From: an uncultured Candidatus Saccharibacteria bacterium
Lineage (GTDB): Bacteria; Patescibacteriota; Minisyncoccia; Phycocordibacterales; VMEP01
Assembly: GCA_964414265.1 (NCBI GenBank)
Contig: CAYPVT010000002.1
Location: 1 to 34,855 of the forward strand
Direction of reading: 5' to 3'
Length of the DNA stretch: 34,855 bases
Shown here: piece by piece, positions 32,345 through 34,855 of the stretch
Layout of the letters: the number at the start of each line of letters is the position of its first letter
Position numbering within the stretch: the stretch's first letter is position 1
Position numbers and translations under genes: made by a program
The notes under the pieces: model-generated
Databases searched by the model: none
What the model was told of the DNA's origin: nothing
Seen by the model: only the letters and a program-made list of their open reading frames with translations

Positions 32345-33094
32345 ATGAAACGGATTATAGTAAAAATAGGAACAAATGTTCTGTCTAAAGAAGATGGAAC
32401 ATTAGACTTAAATTTTTTGGAACATATTGTCGGACAAATTATAGACCTCCGAAAAATGGGAATACAGGTGGTGCTTGTGACTTCCGGCGCCGTCGGCGCC
32501 GGAAAGAGTTTGATTTCTCTTCCTGAGGTAAAATCGGAGGTTGTGCGGAAACAAGCTTTTGCCGCAGTCGGCCAGGTTAAATTGATGAATACTTATTCTG
32601 AGTTTTTCGCAAAGCATAATTACTACTGTGCGCAGGTATTGGCGACTAAAGAAGATTTTCGTGACGAAACACACTACCTCAATATGAAAAATTGTTTTGA
32701 AGGGTTACTTTTAGACAACGTGGTTCCAGTGGTCAATGAAAACGACGTCGTCGCTATCGCAGAGCTTCTTTTTACCGATAACGACGAACTCGCAGGGCTT
32801 GTGGCAAAACAGCTTGAAGTTGATGTGGTAATAATCCTCACGGGCACAGACGGAATTTTGGATGAGAATAATAAAACTGTTCCTGAAGTTAATTCTTCCA
32901 ACATAGACGAAGTCGCTTCGTTTATTAGTATCAATAAATCAGTTTCTGGACGAGGTGGAATGATTTCTAAGTTTTCTGTGGCAAAAGAATTGTCGCAAAA
33001 TGGAATAGCTGTACATATTGTTGATGGAAAAAAGAAAAATATTTTAGTTGACGTTGTGCGTGGAGAAAAAGTCGGCACTCGGTTTGTATCTTAA
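32345..33094 (+). CDS. proB: Glutamate 5-kinase (no PUA domain)
   Basis: IVVKIGTNVLS, VLVTSGAVGAG and NENDVV...FTDNDELA motifs. Confidence 0.9.
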   Translation: MKRIIVKIGTNVLSKEDGTLDLNFLEHIVGQIIDLRKMGIQVVLVTSGAVGAGKSLISLPEVKSEVVRKQAFAAVGQVKLMNTYSEFFAKHNYYCAQVLATKEDFRDETHYLNMKNCFEGLLLDNVVPVVNENDVVAIAELLFTDNDELAGLVAKQLEVDVVIILTGTDGILDENNKTVPEVNSSNIDEVASFISINKSVSGRGGMISKFSVAKELSQNGIAVHIVDGKKKNILVDVVRGEKVGTRFVS

Positions 33095-33120
33095 TTGCGT
33101 TCGGTATTTCCGTTTTGTTT

Positions 33121-33129
33121 TGATATGAT
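33121..33129 (+). promoter_or_regulatory. Extended -10 box (TGATATGAT) 6 nt upstream of the ATG at 33136
   Basis: TGaTATGAT, then ttaaaa, then ATG. No SD. Confidence 0.4.
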
Positions 33130-33135
33130 TTAAAA

Positions 33136-33354
33136 ATGAAAAATAAACCAAATGAAACACACCACCGCTCGGCAATAAAATCTATTAGTTATCGCGCGTT
33201 GTCTCTCAGTGTTGATTCTACTGTCGCCTATTTTTTCACACACAATATAGCTCTCTCTGCTGGAATTGTTCTTTTTGTAAATTTATATAGCACTCTACTT
33301 TATTATTTTCACGAAAGAGCTTGGGCCCGCGTGCGTTGGGGGAGTCGAAACTAG
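33136..33354 (+). CDS. DUF2061-like small membrane protein
   Basis: HHRSAIKSISYRALS...YYFHERAWARVRWG matches the DUF2061 pattern as I recall it. Confidence 0.65.
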   Translation: MKNKPNETHHRSAIKSISYRALSLSVDSTVAYFFTHNIALSAGIVLFVNLYSTLLYYFHERAWARVRWGSRN

Positions 33355-33363
33355 TTGGTGTTT

Positions 33364-33981
33364 TTACTTTTCAACTAGTGGAACAAAAGCAAAGCCGTGA
33401 TGTTTTTCTATTTCTAGATTTCCGTTGGCTTCTTTTTCAATCTTCCAAATATCATTGCCGATAGACGCCACCATAACCCCGCCAATTTTAAGCTGACCAA
33501 CTAAAGCCTCCGGAATTTTTTCCGCAGAAGCAGAAACAAGTATTTTGTCGTAAGGAGCTTCTTTGGGGATTCCTAGCGTGTCGCCGGCTTGTCTTATTTC
33601 GGCATTGGTAAAATTATATTTACTCAAATTATTTCTTCCGAAAGCAACAAGTTCAGGGATAATTTCAACGCCAACGACTTTGCCAACACTTCCAACGAGA
33701 CGAGAAAGAAGAACTGTTGTGTATCCCGACCCAGAACCAACATCAAGCACGTGTTCGCCTTCTTGTGGTTTGAGAAGTTCCAGCATAAATGCAATTGTGA
33801 AAGGCTGGGAAATTGTTTGCTCTCCGCCGATAGGGAGGGGACCATCTTCATAGGCAAAGCTGAGGAATTCTTCTCTCACGAAATCTTTTCGATCAATTTC
33901 TTTGAACGCATTAATAATAGACTCGGTGCGTAACACTCCTGTTTGTTTTAGGTGGGCAATTAATGATTCGAGTGAGTTCAT
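33364..33981 (-). CDS. pcm: Protein-L-isoaspartate O-methyltransferase
   Basis: QTISQPFTIAFMLELL and the SAM motif VLDVGSGSGYTTVLLS. Confidence 0.9.
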   Translation of the reverse strand: MNSLESLIAHLKQTGVLRTESIINAFKEIDRKDFVREEFLSFAYEDGPLPIGGEQTISQPFTIAFMLELLKPQEGEHVLDVGSGSGYTTVLLSRLVGSVGKVVGVEIIPELVAFGRNNLSKYNFTNAEIRQAGDTLGIPKEAPYDKILVSASAEKIPEALVGQLKIGGVMVASIGNDIWKIEKEANGNLEIEKHHGFAFVPLVEK

Positions 33982-34096
33982 ATTTTAAGTATATTCCTTT
34001 TCTTTTTTTGAAACACCGCTTTTGCGACGGAAAAGAGTCCGAAATTAGAATTCCCAAAAAACAAGACAAATAATAATAATCTGGTATCTTTTAGGT

Positions 34097-34786
34097 ATGG
34101 AAAGATCAAGAGACGGGATCATAGAGGGAAAGCTAGAAGAAGAGCTTCGAATAGAAGCGATGGTTGTTTACAGTGAAGTAATAAAAAGACCTGAGATTAT
34201 TGAGGCGTTTGCCATTCTCGACCGACTATCAAAAGAAGACTTTCATTATCATAATCGGGCTCACACAGAGGATGTTATTCTTGAGGCCATTTTGTTTGCG
34301 ATTGCTGATGGTGCGGATATGGACACAATAGAACAGCAGGCAATTGCCGCCGCATGGCACGATGTTGGTTTTATTGAGCAATATAAAAATAACGAACCTA
34401 TCGCTGTAGAATTGTTTAAACAAAGCGAAGCGTATAAGGCACTATCAGAAGAAATGCGGGCTGAAATAATTGCAAATATTTTAGATACACAGGTTGTTGT
34501 AAAAGAGGGAGCCCCATCTTTTTCACACGAGCGAAGCAGTAAGCGATATATTTTAGATGCAGACGTAAGCAATTTTGGAAGAAAAGATTTTTTTGATAAT
34601 AGAAAAAAAATTGCGGACGAGCTTAAAGTTGATTTATCTAACCCAGAAGCTAAAAAAGGTTTTTATAGTTTTGCCTTAAATCTTTTGAAAAACCACGAAT
34701 GGGAAACAAATTCCGCAAGAATTTTGAGGCAAGCTCAAAAAGACGAAAATATTAAACAGGCTGAAGAGGAACTCGCTAGTCTTTAG
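34097..34786 (+). CDS. HD-domain metal-dependent phosphohydrolase
   Basis: HYHNRAHTEDV...AAAWHDVGF, a H...HD pattern. Confidence 0.7.
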   Translation: MERSRDGIIEGKLEEELRIEAMVVYSEVIKRPEIIEAFAILDRLSKEDFHYHNRAHTEDVILEAILFAIADGADMDTIEQQAIAAAWHDVGFIEQYKNNEPIAVELFKQSEAYKALSEEMRAEIIANILDTQVVVKEGAPSFSHERSSKRYILDADVSNFGRKDFFDNRKKIADELKVDLSNPEAKKGFYSFALNLLKNHEWETNSARILRQAQKDENIKQAEEELASL

Positions 34787-34855
34787 TTTTTGCAATAATT
34801 ATTGCATAAGTTCACATACATATGGCACTCCTCTTAATTGAGGATATGCGCCAAT

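Noticed and set aside
1-34855. Alternative genetic code (stop-codon reassignment), prompted by the internal TAG in the endonuclease
   Set aside because: TGA, TAA and TAG each terminate well-conserved genes at expected lengths. For example, TAG ends prx, dus, dnaX and def, and TGA ends the alpha/beta hydrolase and radC. No other conserved gene contains internal stops.
1-34855. CRISPR arrays, rRNA genes, integrases, transposases or reverse transcriptase (DGR or retron)
   Set aside because: By eye, no regularly spaced short repeats were seen, and no ORF carried recombinase, transposase or RT motifs. The repeat-bounded modules therefore have no self-encoded mobility function within this window.

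Overview
The window looks like a small-genome, moderately low-GC bacterium. Gene content suggests Patescibacteria/CPR (type IV pilin, dprA and topA together, compact housekeeping genes, a LAGLIDADG endonuclease, many orphan ORFs), but that assignment is inference only. The standard code fits: TGA, TAA and TAG all end conserved genes at their expected C-termini.

Confident housekeeping calls:
- miaA (partial), a Prx5-type peroxiredoxin, tRNA-Leu(CAA), parB, a Rel/SpoT homologue, topA
- a type IV pilin, dprA, serS, an FtsQ-like protein, dus, dnaX, tRNA-Gln(UUG), def
- a CopB-type P-type ATPase, proB, pcm and an HD-domain protein

Three compositional classes are visible by eye:
- Core genes, about 40-48% GC on hand-counted lines.
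- A very AT-rich accessory block at 20.4-25.6 kb. It carries radC, an AIPR-like protein, a Sau3AI/MutH-like endonuclease interrupted by one in-frame TAG, and a C5 cytosine methyltransferase.
- Several GC-rich (about 55-58%) orphan ORFs with strong Shine-Dalgarno sites and their own terminators, wedged between core genes.

The accessory block sits next to tRNA-Gln. That tRNA is surrounded by partial tRNA-Gln copies and nested direct repeats, with no recombinase visible in the window. Other module boundaries also carry direct repeats: 22 nt around a surface-protein operon and 58 nt around copB.

Many native genes have a (TGn)TATAAT box 6-9 nt upstream of the start codon and no SD, which suggests leaderless mRNAs. 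A free-standing LAGLIDADG gene abuts the 3' end of tRNA-Leu, and a truncated DpnI-like nuclease lies beside an NYN-domain protein. No CRISPR array, rRNA, integrase or transposase was seen. All family assignments come from motif reading by eye, not database searches.
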